Both the position numbers and the translations under genes were made by a program. Below, piece by piece: positions 10,314 to 20,113 of a stretch of DNA of 64,000 bases. Numbering within the stretch: the stretch's first letter is position 1; every line of letters starts with the position of its first letter. This stretch comes from Negativicutes bacterium (lineage in GTDB: Bacteria; Bacillota; Negativicutes; UBA1444), in contig CAXXIN010000017.1 in NCBI GenBank assembly GCA_963665275.2, forward strand, positions 32,001-96,000, written 5' to 3'. Below the pieces are notes generated by a model that worked only from the letters and a program-made list of their open reading frames with translations, had not been told where the DNA came from and made no database searches.

Positions 10314-11147
10314 TCAGCACTCGATTACGGTCCCGACAAATGCGGAAATATACTTAGTCCCAAACCGTGCGTAGAGAGCCGCCATCATGGGAAAACCTGT
10401 ACAATGATTCGCCGCCACAAAATCAGGATTCCAGTCCGCCAGCGCTTTAATTGTCTGCTCTTGCTGTTCGGCGGAAACCGGACCGAGATGAGTTCCACCG
10501 ATCCATCCTGCCAAGCGTGTGGCGCCTGTAACTGCGAATCCGTGCCGCGCTGTATTCACCAATCCCGAATGAGCGCAACCACCGATAACGATCAAATCCT
10601 TACCCTTTAAATAGTAAAGACTCATGTCATCTTCGATTTCATCCTGGCAATCACAACCGTCATGCTCCAGAACGAGTCGTGCGTCACCTTTTTCATATTG
10701 CGTTACATGCGGTACTTGGCCGCTAAGCCATAGGTTATCGGCAAGCTGAACTGGTTTGTCACTCAAATGCCACTCGGCACCAAGTCCTGACAGTTGCTCC
10801 TGCGTGTATGGGACTCCAATGTATTGCCGCAATCCTCCCGCCGTCGAAAAACGCGAGGAAAAAATGTTCGGGTGAGCATAAACCGGCATATTTTTTCGCG
10901 CGTGCGACAAAACATGATACAAACCACCGACGTGATCATAATGCCCATGGCTGACAACGGTCATATCGATAGAGTCCGCCTGCGCACCAAGCAAACTCAA
11001 GTTGTTTAAAATTGCCGCTGACTGACCGGAATCCAACAAGATACGTTTGCCTGCATGCTCGATTAATAACGAAAAACCATGTTCCCCCAGAAACGGTCGT
11101 TTGGCGCTGATTGGAACAGTGTTATCCATTGCTACGGTAATTTTCAT
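10314..11147 (-). CDS. Cytoplasmic metallo-beta-lactamase-fold hydrolase (MJ0301/DHPS-like family)
   Basis: GEHGFSLLIE, LLDSG, SHGHYDHVGG, GCAHSG, GGTHL, HCTG. Confidence 0.88.
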   Translation of the reverse strand: MKITVAMDNTVPISAKRPFLGEHGFSLLIEHAGKRILLDSGQSAAILNNLSLLGAQADSIDMTVVSHGHYDHVGGLYHVLSHARKNMPVYAHPNIFSSRFSTAGGLRQYIGVPYTQEQLSGLGAEWHLSDKPVQLADNLWLSGQVPHVTQYEKGDARLVLEHDGCDCQDEIEDDMSLYYLKGKDLIVIGGCAHSGLVNTARHGFAVTGATRLAGWIGGTHLGPVSAEQQEQTIKALADWNPDFVAANHCTGFPMMAALYARFGTKYISAFVGTVIEC

Positions 11148-11203
11148 GGTCTATAACCTCCTCATTCCCCAATCGCCAGTGTAGTTTATCGTTCTGCGCT
11201 GCT

Positions 11204-12541
11204 CTATCCTACGATCATGCTGAGCGCCAAAACCGCAAACAGCCCAACAACCGAGGCAATGGTCGTTGATAAGGTATACGTTTTGAACAATTCGCCCATG
11301 GACATGCCAAAGTACTCCTTCACGAACCAGAACCCCGGGTCATTGACATGTGACAGTCCGATCGCGCCTGCACCGATAGCAACAGCAATCATCGCCGGAT
11401 CAACGCCCGGATACATCGGCAACACCGGTGTCACCAATCCTACCGCAGTAATCATGGCTATGGTGGCGCCACCTACCGCGAATCGCATCACCAAGGCAAC
11501 GGTCCAGGCCAAGATCAACGGATTGATTCGCCACGCCATCAGGATTTCTTTAATGGCCCCGCCGATCCCACTGTCCATCAGAATCTTGTTGAATGCGCCG
11601 CTGGCGCCGATGATGAGCAAAATAGCGGCCATCGGACCGATTGCGATTTCACTGTATTTCTGCAATTTCGCCATATCCATGCCTCGATTAAGCCCCAGTG
11701 TCCAATATGATAGAAACACCGAAAGGAACAACGCAGTAACCGGGTCGCCGATGAAATTGATGTACACCATTGCCGGATGCGCTTTTCCCAGGACAAACTC
11801 CAGCGCGGTTTTCGAAATCATCAATAGCAGCGGGAATAAAATCGTAAACAAGGTAATGCCAAAGGGTGGCAACTTGTCTTCCGGCGTCGGCTCCGCATTG
11901 CACAAATGCGCAGGCGGGTTCAGAACAAACCGATTGCCGAGAGCTTTGGCAAAAATCGGACCGGCGACCGCCGCTGCAGGCAAGCCGACAAGGAGGCCAT
12001 AGAAGATCACTTTCCCCAGATCTGCTTTGAGGCCGACCGCGACAGCTGTGGCTGCCGGATGCGGCGGCACGATGCAGTGAACCGTCAGCAGACCGATGAT
12101 CATTGGAATACCGATGGTGACCAGCGACATGCCTGCCTCAATGGCAACGCAATATAGCAGTGGCATTAGCAAAACAATTCCCACCTGAAAAAAGACCGGG
12201 ATTCCGCAAATGAATCCGACAATCATCAATGCCCAGTGGGCATTCTTCTTGCCCAGTTTGTCGATCAGGGTACGAGCCAACCGTTCTGCGCCGCCGGATA
12301 CTTCCATCATTTTTCCGACGATAGCGCCGAGGGCGAGGATCGGAGCCAACATGCCCAAGAAACCGCCCATGCCGCCTTCAATGGACCCCAGTATCTTCGC
12401 GAATGGCATGCCTGTGGTGAAACCGATGAAAAAACAGGCTGTTAAAAGAGCCACGAATGCGTGAAGCTTGATGCGAACCGTTAAAAAGATAATCAGAGCG
12501 ATTGCCAGAAATAGAATTACCAACATTCCAGTGGTACCCAT
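11204..12541 (-). CDS. GntP-family permease, DsdX-like
   Basis: GKMMEVSGGAER, HCIVPPHPAA, SHVNDPGFW; 12+ TM segments. Confidence 0.9.
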   Translation of the reverse strand: MGTTGMLVILFLAIALIIFLTVRIKLHAFVALLTACFFIGFTTGMPFAKILGSIEGGMGGFLGMLAPILALGAIVGKMMEVSGGAERLARTLIDKLGKKNAHWALMIVGFICGIPVFFQVGIVLLMPLLYCVAIEAGMSLVTIGIPMIIGLLTVHCIVPPHPAATAVAVGLKADLGKVIFYGLLVGLPAAAVAGPIFAKALGNRFVLNPPAHLCNAEPTPEDKLPPFGITLFTILFPLLLMISKTALEFVLGKAHPAMVYINFIGDPVTALFLSVFLSYWTLGLNRGMDMAKLQKYSEIAIGPMAAILLIIGASGAFNKILMDSGIGGAIKEILMAWRINPLILAWTVALVMRFAVGGATIAMITAVGLVTPVLPMYPGVDPAMIAVAIGAGAIGLSHVNDPGFWFVKEYFGMSMGELFKTYTLSTTIASVVGLFAVLALSMIVG

Positions 12542-12760
12542 CTTGTCGCCTCCATTTCTTTGTACAACATGCTGTCAACTTACCTTCTGAGAAACAGTGC
12601 CTCCTTATTGCCAAACTTTCTTCTGTGTACCATAATATAAGCAATAACGAATTATCGCAATTGACGCATTATACCAGATTATTCTTCGTTGGCTCTGTTT
12701 TTATGTGCAATATGCTGAACAATTGCAAAATCCATCTGGAATTTGTTTGGAGGATACCGT

Positions 12761-13957
12761 ATGATCATCAGTGAAGAGCTGGCGCAACGCATTGTGGATT
12801 CAGCCATGCTGCTCGTTCATCGCAACGTCAACATCATGAACCGCGATGGAGTAATCATCGCTACCGGACATCCCCATCGCCGCCGCACCTTCCACAAAGG
12901 CGCCAAAGATGTCATCGAAACAGGTATGGTCATCGAAATATACCCCAACCAACTCGATTTATATCCCGGAGCTCTGCAGGGAATCAATCTCCCCATCGTT
13001 TTCGACGAACAGGTAGTTGGCGTCATCGGCGTCTTCGGTGTTCCTGACGAAGTTCGTGATACGGGGCGATTGGTCAAAGCCATAACGGAACTGATTCTTG
13101 AACGCGAATTGCTGCAGGAAGAAACCCGCTCACGCTATAAACTACGCGAACAGTTCCTGGAAACCGCACTCTCCAAAGAGGCGCCAGTAGCATTGCCTAA
13201 ACTTAAACGACTGGCAAAGGCGATGAACTTCAACCTTTCCCTGACTCGTGCAGTATCCATAACCAATGTTGCCCCTTTCATGCAAAATGCCGTTTCAAGC
13301 TATGGCTCCTCAGAGCTTGTACTGGAACGATCCACGGAGGCTATTTTAAAGCACATTGAACAAACCGGTCTTGTAAGCGAGCAAGATATCGCCGTTATTT
13401 GGGATGAAAAGCTGATTGTGCTGAAAACATTTTCGGCAACCGGCCAACCAGAGCAAGTCAGAGATTGGGGAAGCTCTCTCCTGAACAGCCTGCACTCTCT
13501 CAACCCTGAAATCATCTGCTGCGGCATTGGCGGCAGCCTAGACTCCGTCTGTTCCTATGAGGCTTCCTATCAGCAGGCGCGTTATTGCCTTCACGCTTGT
13601 TGTTCGTCGCATCCGCTGCGGATAATTTCCGACCGAAAACTATTGCTTGGCTATACCCTGATTGAGTCGATGGGGGTACCAGTTATCGCAGCACTCGCTT
13701 CTTTAACCTGCAAGTTCCGCGATTTTCTCGATAAAAAAATTGATGGACGAAAAACGTTGGAAGCCTTATTGGTTGCCAATTTAAACCTTAGCAGCGCTTC
13801 AAACACGCTTCATATCCATCGAAATACCCTGATGTTTCGCCTGGAGCAATTTCAGTCGATTACCGGTCTTGATCCGGCTCACAATTTTGAGGATGCCGTG
13901 TTGTGCCGAATTATGCTGGAACAAACTGAACAAAGAGAAAAAGGATCCCTGTCATAA
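12761..13957 (+). CDS. CdaR-family sugar-diacid recognition transcriptional regulator
   Basis: LAQRIV..NVNIMNRDGVIIA..GINLPI N-terminal domain; C-terminal LHIHRNTLMFRL HTH; GGAGG RBS before ATG 12761; divergent from the permease. Confidence 0.9.
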   Translation: MIISEELAQRIVDSAMLLVHRNVNIMNRDGVIIATGHPHRRRTFHKGAKDVIETGMVIEIYPNQLDLYPGALQGINLPIVFDEQVVGVIGVFGVPDEVRDTGRLVKAITELILERELLQEETRSRYKLREQFLETALSKEAPVALPKLKRLAKAMNFNLSLTRAVSITNVAPFMQNAVSSYGSSELVLERSTEAILKHIEQTGLVSEQDIAVIWDEKLIVLKTFSATGQPEQVRDWGSSLLNSLHSLNPEIICCGIGGSLDSVCSYEASYQQARYCLHACCSSHPLRIISDRKLLLGYTLIESMGVPVIAALASLTCKFRDFLDKKIDGRKTLEALLVANLNLSSASNTLHIHRNTLMFRLEQFQSITGLDPAHNFEDAVLCRIMLEQTEQREKGSLS

Positions 13958-14180
13958 TTTGCTACGACGGAACCCCTCTTTGATCGGCCTTTTTTTAGAT
14001 AAATTATGAAAACTTATGCCCGGGACAGCTTGACGGGATTATATTCACATTCAAAAAAGCCAGACGAAAATTGAAGTTCATACTCTAATGGCGGCAACAA
14101 CGACATAGCCATTTTTAGCGGTTACCTGCGGCATTCGTGCCTAAAGCCAGGTGCGAAAGTTAAGTTATGAAGTTCCAGCG

Positions 14181-15860
14181 TTAGACTAACTCAGATCTCC
14201 GTTGGCAATCGCGCAGTCGTGGCGCCGAATCGACTAATAGGCGTGTATAGGGATGAGTAGGATTTGAAAATACCACACTCGACAACCCCATTTCCACAAT
14301 ACGCCCGTCTTTGAGCACAATAGCCCGGTCACTTATTTTACGCGCCAGGGCAATATCATGTGTGATAAATAGCAGCGCCAGTCCCCGCATATCCTGCAGC
14401 CGCATCAGCAACCTGACAACTCTCGCCTGTACTCCGGCGTCCAGCGCCGCCGTGATCTCATCGGCAATCAGCAGTTTCGGTTCCAGGATTAGGGCCCGTG
14501 CGATTGCGACTCGCTGCGCTTCGCCGCCACTAAGCTGATGGGGGTAACGACGCAGAAAAGCATCGGTGGCAGGCAGATCCACCTCGTTCAGGGCTCGCCG
14601 AACCTTCTCCTCCCGCTCTGCGTATGATCCCCGTTCATGAATGTCTAGCGGTTCCCTTACAATTTCACCGACACTCAATCTATGACTGAAAGCATCCTGT
14701 GGATTTTGAAACACGAGTTGAATCCGTTCATAAAACTGATGCCGTTCCCAGCCGTCTTTCCCATCAATCCGAAATGCTCCACCGTCCGCCGGCCACAATC
14801 CCATCAGCGTTTTAGCCAACGTCGTCTTGCCGGAGCCGCTCTCCCCGACAAGCGCCAAGGTTTCTCCTTCATACAGAGTCAGCGAAATATCTTCCAGAAT
14901 CGTCCGGCCCTCCAACTTTTTTTGCAAACCCGCGACTTCAAGCATCGGCACAATCCCGCTGCGGTGGCAAGCTATGGCGCGCCCATCCGATATGGTTTCC
15001 AGTGCCGGAACCTCCGTATCACACCTCGCAATCCGCTGGCTGCAGCGTGGATGAAATGCACAGCCGCCAACATTGCTCGCGGCATGCCCGGGAATGCACT
15101 GAAGATCTTTGAAGGTCGTCATATCGGGATATGCCCGCAGCAAAGCACGAGTATAGGGATGTTTCGGCGCATCGAACACTTCAGTGCTCGATCCCATCTC
15201 CACGATACGCCCGGAATACATGACCGCCACCGTATCCGCAACTGTCGCCGCCGTCGCCAGATCGTGAGTAATTAAGAGATTGGTCCGTCCTTTCAACGCC
15301 GTTCCCAATACTTGAAGAACCTGCGCTTTACTGAGCGGGTCCAACGAAGACGTCGGCTCATCCAAAATCAGCAATGAGGGTTCGTTCACCAGCGCCATCG
15401 CAAGTAATACCCGCTGCTGCTCACCGCCACTCAGCCGATGCGGGTGCAGTTCATGCCGCTCCACAGGCAGCCCCACTGCTATGAGCATCTCCACAGCCTT
15501 CTTCCCGGCCGTCTCCTTCGCCACCGGAAAGTGAACCGTCACGCTTTCTGCCACTTGATCGACTGCCGTGTACAGGGGATGCAGCACTTCTCCGCCATTC
15601 TGATGAACCATGGCTACACCCCGGCCTCGGATATCCCGCAGTTCTTTTTCGGTTAGGCTGAGTAAATCCTTGCCCTGCCAGTGCGCCGTCCCTGTCACCG
15701 TATCTCCGGCAAGTCGTAGCAAACTACGTCCCAGCGTCGTTTTTCCGGCGCCGGATTCGCCAATAACCGCAAGGGTCTCCCCTTGTTTGACCGTCAGGGA
15801 AATCCCGTGCAAAATCTCTTCCGTTCCATAGGCGACCTTTAAATTTTCAATCTGAAGCAT
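14181..15860 (-). CDS. Peptide/nickel ABC transporter, fused double ATP-binding subunit
   Basis: Two Walker A motifs (GESGAGKT, GESGSGKT), two LSGG, HPYT, and the Cys motif GCAFHPRC...C...ACH. Confidence 0.93.
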   Translation of the reverse strand: MLQIENLKVAYGTEEILHGISLTVKQGETLAVIGESGAGKTTLGRSLLRLAGDTVTGTAHWQGKDLLSLTEKELRDIRGRGVAMVHQNGGEVLHPLYTAVDQVAESVTVHFPVAKETAGKKAVEMLIAVGLPVERHELHPHRLSGGEQQRVLLAMALVNEPSLLILDEPTSSLDPLSKAQVLQVLGTALKGRTNLLITHDLATAATVADTVAVMYSGRIVEMGSSTEVFDAPKHPYTRALLRAYPDMTTFKDLQCIPGHAASNVGGCAFHPRCSQRIARCDTEVPALETISDGRAIACHRSGIVPMLEVAGLQKKLEGRTILEDISLTLYEGETLALVGESGSGKTTLAKTLMGLWPADGGAFRIDGKDGWERHQFYERIQLVFQNPQDAFSHRLSVGEIVREPLDIHERGSYAEREEKVRRALNEVDLPATDAFLRRYPHQLSGGEAQRVAIARALILEPKLLIADEITAALDAGVQARVVRLLMRLQDMRGLALLFITHDIALARKISDRAIVLKDGRIVEMGLSSVVFSNPTHPYTRLLVDSAPRLRDCQRRSELV

Positions 15861-16669
15861 GCGTTCCCTCCAGTCCTGTCCCTATCAGTGCAAACGCGAG
15901 CACCAGCGATGTCACGGCAATCCCAGGCGGAAGCAGCCACCAGCCCCATACGTCTAGATAGGTGAACGTCAACGCTTGCTGAATCATCCGACCCCAACTC
16001 TGCGCTGTCGGGTCGCTAATGCCGAGGAAAGCGAGCCCCGCCTCCAAAAAAAACGGCCCTCCGGGCGTCATGAATCATCGCCGCCGACAACACCGGGGCC
16101 AAATCCGGCAAAACATGCCGCCTGAGCAAGTACCAACGCCCCGCGCCAAAAGTGCGCGCAGCCGTCACCGGCCCGGATTCCCTGAGCAATAGCGTCTGGG
16201 ACCGCAGCAATCGTCCCGTTCCCGGCCAGAAGAAAAACGCAAGGATTCCAATCAAGGTGACCGACCCCGGTTGCAGATAGGCGGCAGCAAGCATCGCGGC
16301 CAGAATCGGCGGAATGACCAGTCCGACATCCATCATTCGGACAGTCACCCGCTCCACCCATCCGCCGAGAAATGTTCCACCCGCGCCGAGCAGCGCGCCG
16401 AGAAAAGCCGAAGTCAAGGCGGCCCCCATCGCCACCCCGAGAGAGGTCTTCGCTCCTGCCATGAGTTGGGATAGCAGATCCTGTCCCACATCATTCGTCC
16501 CAAGCCAATGAGTCGCCGATGGTGGCGAAAAAGCCGTCCCCACGTACGCATCCGGGGCATACGGCGTAACAAAAAAACCGGCCAGCGCAACCGCTGCCCA
16601 AAAACAAAAGAGATATAAGCCCAATCGTCCGGGTCCCGCTCTCAGCCTTTTTCCGTATTGGATATGCAT
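15847..16669 (-). CDS. Peptide/nickel ABC permease (OppC/NikC-like), split by a frameshift at the A-run ~16046-16053
   Basis: HWLGTNDVGQD, ARTFGA..RHVLP in one frame; EAGLAFLG..SWG..WW.LPPG in the next. Confidence 0.85.
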
Positions 16670-17634
16670 ACAGTCTTTACCCTCGGATCCAGAATAGGAT
16701 ACAGCAGTTCCGCCAAAAAATTTACAACCAGCACTGTCACTGAACTCAACAGCAAAATCCCCTGCAGCAGGGGATAATCCCTGGCGGCGAGCGCCCGTTG
16801 CAACAAGGTTCCCATGCCGGGGTAGCCAAAAACGACCTCGATCATCAAAATGCCTGCGAACAAATGGGACAGGTGCAATCCCGTCGACGTAGCTGCCGGC
16901 AGCAGCACGCTCCGCCCCAGATGACGATAACGAATGGCGCTCTCATCACACCCCTTGCTCCGGGCTGTGCGAAGGAACGGCGCCCGCAGCAAGCTGGCGG
17001 CAGAGTTGCGGCAAAGCAGGTACATAGTCGTCATCCGTGCCAAAACCAATGAGGCCAGCGGCAACATTAAATGCCGCAGCACATCCAGCCCCCAGGCCAT
17101 GCCCGATAACCCCCCGTACACTGTGACCGCTCCTCCGAGCGGAAACAGCGGCCAGATCACTGCAAAGCCCAATAACAACAGCGCACCGACAAAAAAATCC
17201 GGCACGCCGCCGATCAGCATCAATCCGACGAACAGTCCCTTATCCCAACGGCTTCCTTTGCGCGATCCACTTTCCAGTCCGAGAACAAAACCACCCACGC
17301 TGGAGAGTAGCAACGAGGCTCCTGCCAATAGGATCGTCCATGGTAAAAACCCCACCATGACTTTGACAACTGGCGCGTTGAAAAAATACGACCACCCAAG
17401 GTCCGCCTGCAGCAAAGATCCGATATAGGCGCTAAACTGCTCTGCCCAGGACTGGTCCAGCGCAAAACGCCGATAGATCTCCGCTTTCATTTCCGGCGTC
17501 ATCTGCAGTAACGCTTCTTCGCCATAAATGGCCAGAAAGGGGTCACCCGGCAGCAAGCGCGGCAAAACAAACCCCAATGAGCAGAGGATGAATAACGCGA
17601 TCAAATAATCCGCCAGCAGCTTGGAAACCCTCAT
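16642..17634 (-). CDS. Peptide/nickel ABC permease (OppB/NikB-like)
   Basis: LPGDP, DLGWS, TARSKG, EVVFGYPGMG, RDYPLLQG, LDPRV; start MRVSKLL at 17634 with GGAGG RBS. Confidence 0.9.
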   Translation of the reverse strand: MRVSKLLADYLIALFILCSLGFVLPRLLPGDPFLAIYGEEALLQMTPEMKAEIYRRFALDQSWAEQFSAYIGSLLQADLGWSYFFNAPVVKVMVGFLPWTILLAGASLLLSSVGGFVLGLESGSRKGSRWDKGLFVGLMLIGGVPDFFVGALLLLGFAVIWPLFPLGGAVTVYGGLSGMAWGLDVLRHLMLPLASLVLARMTTMYLLCRNSAASLLRAPFLRTARSKGCDESAIRYRHLGRSVLLPAATSTGLHLSHLFAGILMIEVVFGYPGMGTLLQRALAARDYPLLQGILLLSSVTVLVVNFLAELLYPILDPRVKTVCISNTEKG

Positions 17635-17653
17635 CCCATCCTCCTGACCGAAA

Positions 17654-18268
17654 CTACCAGCCCCGGTGGTACGGATCGGCGCAGGAAAGACAGACCTTCC
17701 GGCCCTCGACGAGGCGTATCCGCGGTTCCATCGTAACTTCGCCGCAGGCTTCACAGGCAATGGAGTCAAAAATCCTGGCCCGTTCCGGCATGGCATAAGT
17801 CGGTTTTTTGCAGTCAAACATTTCCTCATCCGCAACTGTCAGCATCTGATTCATCCGCTGGTTCTTCTGCGCTTCGAACTGTGCGTTTTCTTCCGGTGTG
17901 GCATTTCCCTGCATGACTTTTTTTCTCAGCGCGATACCCTCTGGCGTATTCGCCCCAACTTGCCCTTTATATACCAGCCGTACTGATTTTTGCGTATCCC
18001 GGCGGAAAATAGTGAACGCATGCTTACCCTGGTCGCGAAAAATCAGATTGCCTTTGCCAATCGTGCAGCCGAGCATCCACTGAATCGCATCCACGCCGCA
18101 AGCGTCGTTCTCCACAACCGCCACCAGTTCCTCGTCTTTGTCCCTGCGGATGTCCAGTTCCTTCGCAGCCAATTTCGCCGCCCGATAGCCGATGATCAAA
18201 CCGGGGCAGATATGTCCGTGAAACCGGACCACCTCTTTTAATTCTTCAGGAACTTCAAATTTTTCCAT
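17654..18268 (-). CDS. FmdE/FwdE-family protein with C-terminal zinc finger
   Basis: FHGHICPGLIIG, ENDACGVDAIQ..GCTIGKGNL, C-terminal CEACGE...CLSC. Confidence 0.9.
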   Translation of the reverse strand: MEKFEVPEELKEVVRFHGHICPGLIIGYRAAKLAAKELDIRRDKDEELVAVVENDACGVDAIQWMLGCTIGKGNLIFRDQGKHAFTIFRRDTQKSVRLVYKGQVGANTPEGIALRKKVMQGNATPEENAQFEAQKNQRMNQMLTVADEEMFDCKKPTYAMPERARIFDSIACEACGEVTMEPRIRLVEGRKVCLSCADPYHRGW

Positions 18269-18286
18269 AGTACTAGCCTCCTTCGA

Positions 18287-19915
18287 TTATTTTCCTTGAA
18301 TAAAAATCAGCTTGTTCTGCGGTATCGGCGCTCCGTTGCCGACGCCCTGAAAGGTGTACCACAAACGAACCTTGTCATTGAATGCCCAATAAGAACGAGG
18401 ATAGTACAGCGGCAGAAATGGCAAATCACGCGCCGCCAATTCCTGCACTTGATATACCCAGTTGCGACGAAGCGTTGGGTCCATTTCTGTGCGGCTCTTA
18501 CTCACTGCTTCTTTCCAGTCTTCGCCCCCTTGCCAGCGGGCGCCAAAGAATATCTCCCGCGTCAGCAGACGACTGAAGGCTTCGGGGTCGCAACCAAGTC
18601 CGCCGCTGCCGGTCAGCGCCAATTGAAATTGCCAGGACTCCTGGCGGCTGTCCACCGTTTTGGGGTCCATCACCCGCAGATCGACGGCAATTCCCTCTTT
18701 AGCCAATTGGTTCTTGATAAATTCGCCCTGTCGCTCTGACGGCGCACCGGTCATCGCCAGCCCGCCCGATCCTACGAGCAGCTCAAATTTCAGAGGCTGC
18801 CCCTCTTTAATCCATTGGCTGTTTTCTTTGCGATACCCCGCTTTGGCGAGCAGGGTTGCCGCCTGAACCGGATCATAAGAATATTTCCCCACAACTTGCG
18901 GATTGGCCCATGGGCTGACGGGTGGAGCCAGACCCGGACTCCCTGCCGCTCCATGACCACGCAGGGTAGTTTTTACCATCTCCGGTCGGTCAATCAGGAA
19001 AGCCAGCGCCTGACGAACTTCGACTTGATTCAGCGGAGCCTGTCGATGATTCATGAGCAGGACGGCGATCCAATCGCCTTCCTGAGAGATCAGGTGAAAG
19101 CCATCTTTTTTCAGCGGCTCCGCCATATCCGGCGGCACTTGCGCGGCATCCACTTCGCCGCGTTTGAGTGCAGCGACCGACATATCCCAGCTCAATTTGA
19201 TGAATCGCAGCTCTTTCACTCTCGCCTCACCCAGATAGTGCCCCGGCGCGGCAGTGAAGCGGTAAGTCCCGTGTTCTTTACTATATTCCGTTAAACGGTA
19301 TGGGCCGGTACCCACCACGGCCGCAGGGCCGGTAAACCTTTTGGGATCTGTCACGTCTTTCCAAATATGTTCCGGCAAAATAGGCACAGAGGAAGCGATG
19401 TAATCCAAAAATGGCGCGTATGGTTCAGTCAAGAAAATTTTTACCGTCGTGTCATCAACAGCTTCCGCCCGAATCACTTGCGGCGTCGAAATGTAGGGAT
19501 AGGGGTTCTTTTTGTAGTACTCAAAGGTAAATACTACATCCTTGGCGCTAAAGGGTGCGCCATCATGCCACTTCGCACCATTTTGCAACGTCATCTTCCA
19601 CGCTTTTTCGTTCGACAGCCATTCCCATGTTTTAGCAAGGCCGGGTCCGTATCCCGTTTCGTTTTTCCAAACCAATGTGTCAAACACAAGGGTCATACGG
19701 ATATAGCCGGGACCCCGGAGATAATGTCCGTAAGGATTGGGCAGCCCCCAGTCACCTGTCGTATCGGCGATGGTCATGATCCAGGAATCACTCTTGGACT
19801 GTGGCACAGCAGACTTCTTATCTGTTGCTGCCCCACCGCACCCTACAGCGAGCAGCAGTATAAGAGCCGTCACCCAAAGGTATAGTACGCGAATTTTATT
19901 TCCCCTGTCGTGCAT
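18287..19915 (-). CDS. Peptide/nickel ABC substrate-binding lipoprotein (family 5)
   Basis: Lipobox LAVGC, KWHDGAPFSAKDVVFTF, VGTGPY, VRQALAFLIDR. Confidence 0.92.
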   Translation of the reverse strand: MHDRGNKIRVLYLWVTALILLLAVGCGGAATDKKSAVPQSKSDSWIMTIADTTGDWGLPNPYGHYLRGPGYIRMTLVFDTLVWKNETGYGPGLAKTWEWLSNEKAWKMTLQNGAKWHDGAPFSAKDVVFTFEYYKKNPYPYISTPQVIRAEAVDDTTVKIFLTEPYAPFLDYIASSVPILPEHIWKDVTDPKRFTGPAAVVGTGPYRLTEYSKEHGTYRFTAAPGHYLGEARVKELRFIKLSWDMSVAALKRGEVDAAQVPPDMAEPLKKDGFHLISQEGDWIAVLLMNHRQAPLNQVEVRQALAFLIDRPEMVKTTLRGHGAAGSPGLAPPVSPWANPQVVGKYSYDPVQAATLLAKAGYRKENSQWIKEGQPLKFELLVGSGGLAMTGAPSERQGEFIKNQLAKEGIAVDLRVMDPKTVDSRQESWQFQLALTGSGGLGCDPEAFSRLLTREIFFGARWQGGEDWKEAVSKSRTEMDPTLRRNWVYQVQELAARDLPFLPLYYPRSYWAFNDKVRLWYTFQGVGNGAPIPQNKLIFIQGK

Positions 19916-19942
19916 GCAAAAACCTTCCCCCCTTCAGCATAG

Positions 19943-20050
19943 AAAAAAGCCATAAAGAAATAGGCTCCTAGTGAACCCGATAATCCTTCATGGCTTATCA
20001 CGTATTCTCTATTCCCTGCTTCAGCAAGGTCTGCGGTGCATCCCGCTTTA
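19943..20050 (-). promoter_or_regulatory. Structured 5' leader with intrinsic terminator (attenuator or orphan riboswitch candidate)
   Basis: Hairpins GCGG-gatgca-CCGC and CCTTGC-tgaa-GCAGGG, then a long stem aagccatgaagga...ttctttatggctt plus U run just before the RBS. Confidence 0.55.
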
Positions 20051-20054
20051 ATTA

Positions 20055-20083
20055 ATAATATAAGGTTGCAGCGGCGAAGTCAA
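20055..20083 (-). promoter_or_regulatory. SigmaA promoter for the ABC/FmdE operon
   Basis: TTGACT-17 nt-TATTAT on the minus strand. Confidence 0.6.
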
Positions 20084-20113
20084 TCGCGAAGGCAACACTT
20101 GGGCGATTCGGGA

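Noticed and set aside
16046-16053. Programmed frameshift or phase variation in the ABC permease
   Set aside because: An 8-nt homopolymer in an assembly with many similar indels is more simply a sequencing error.
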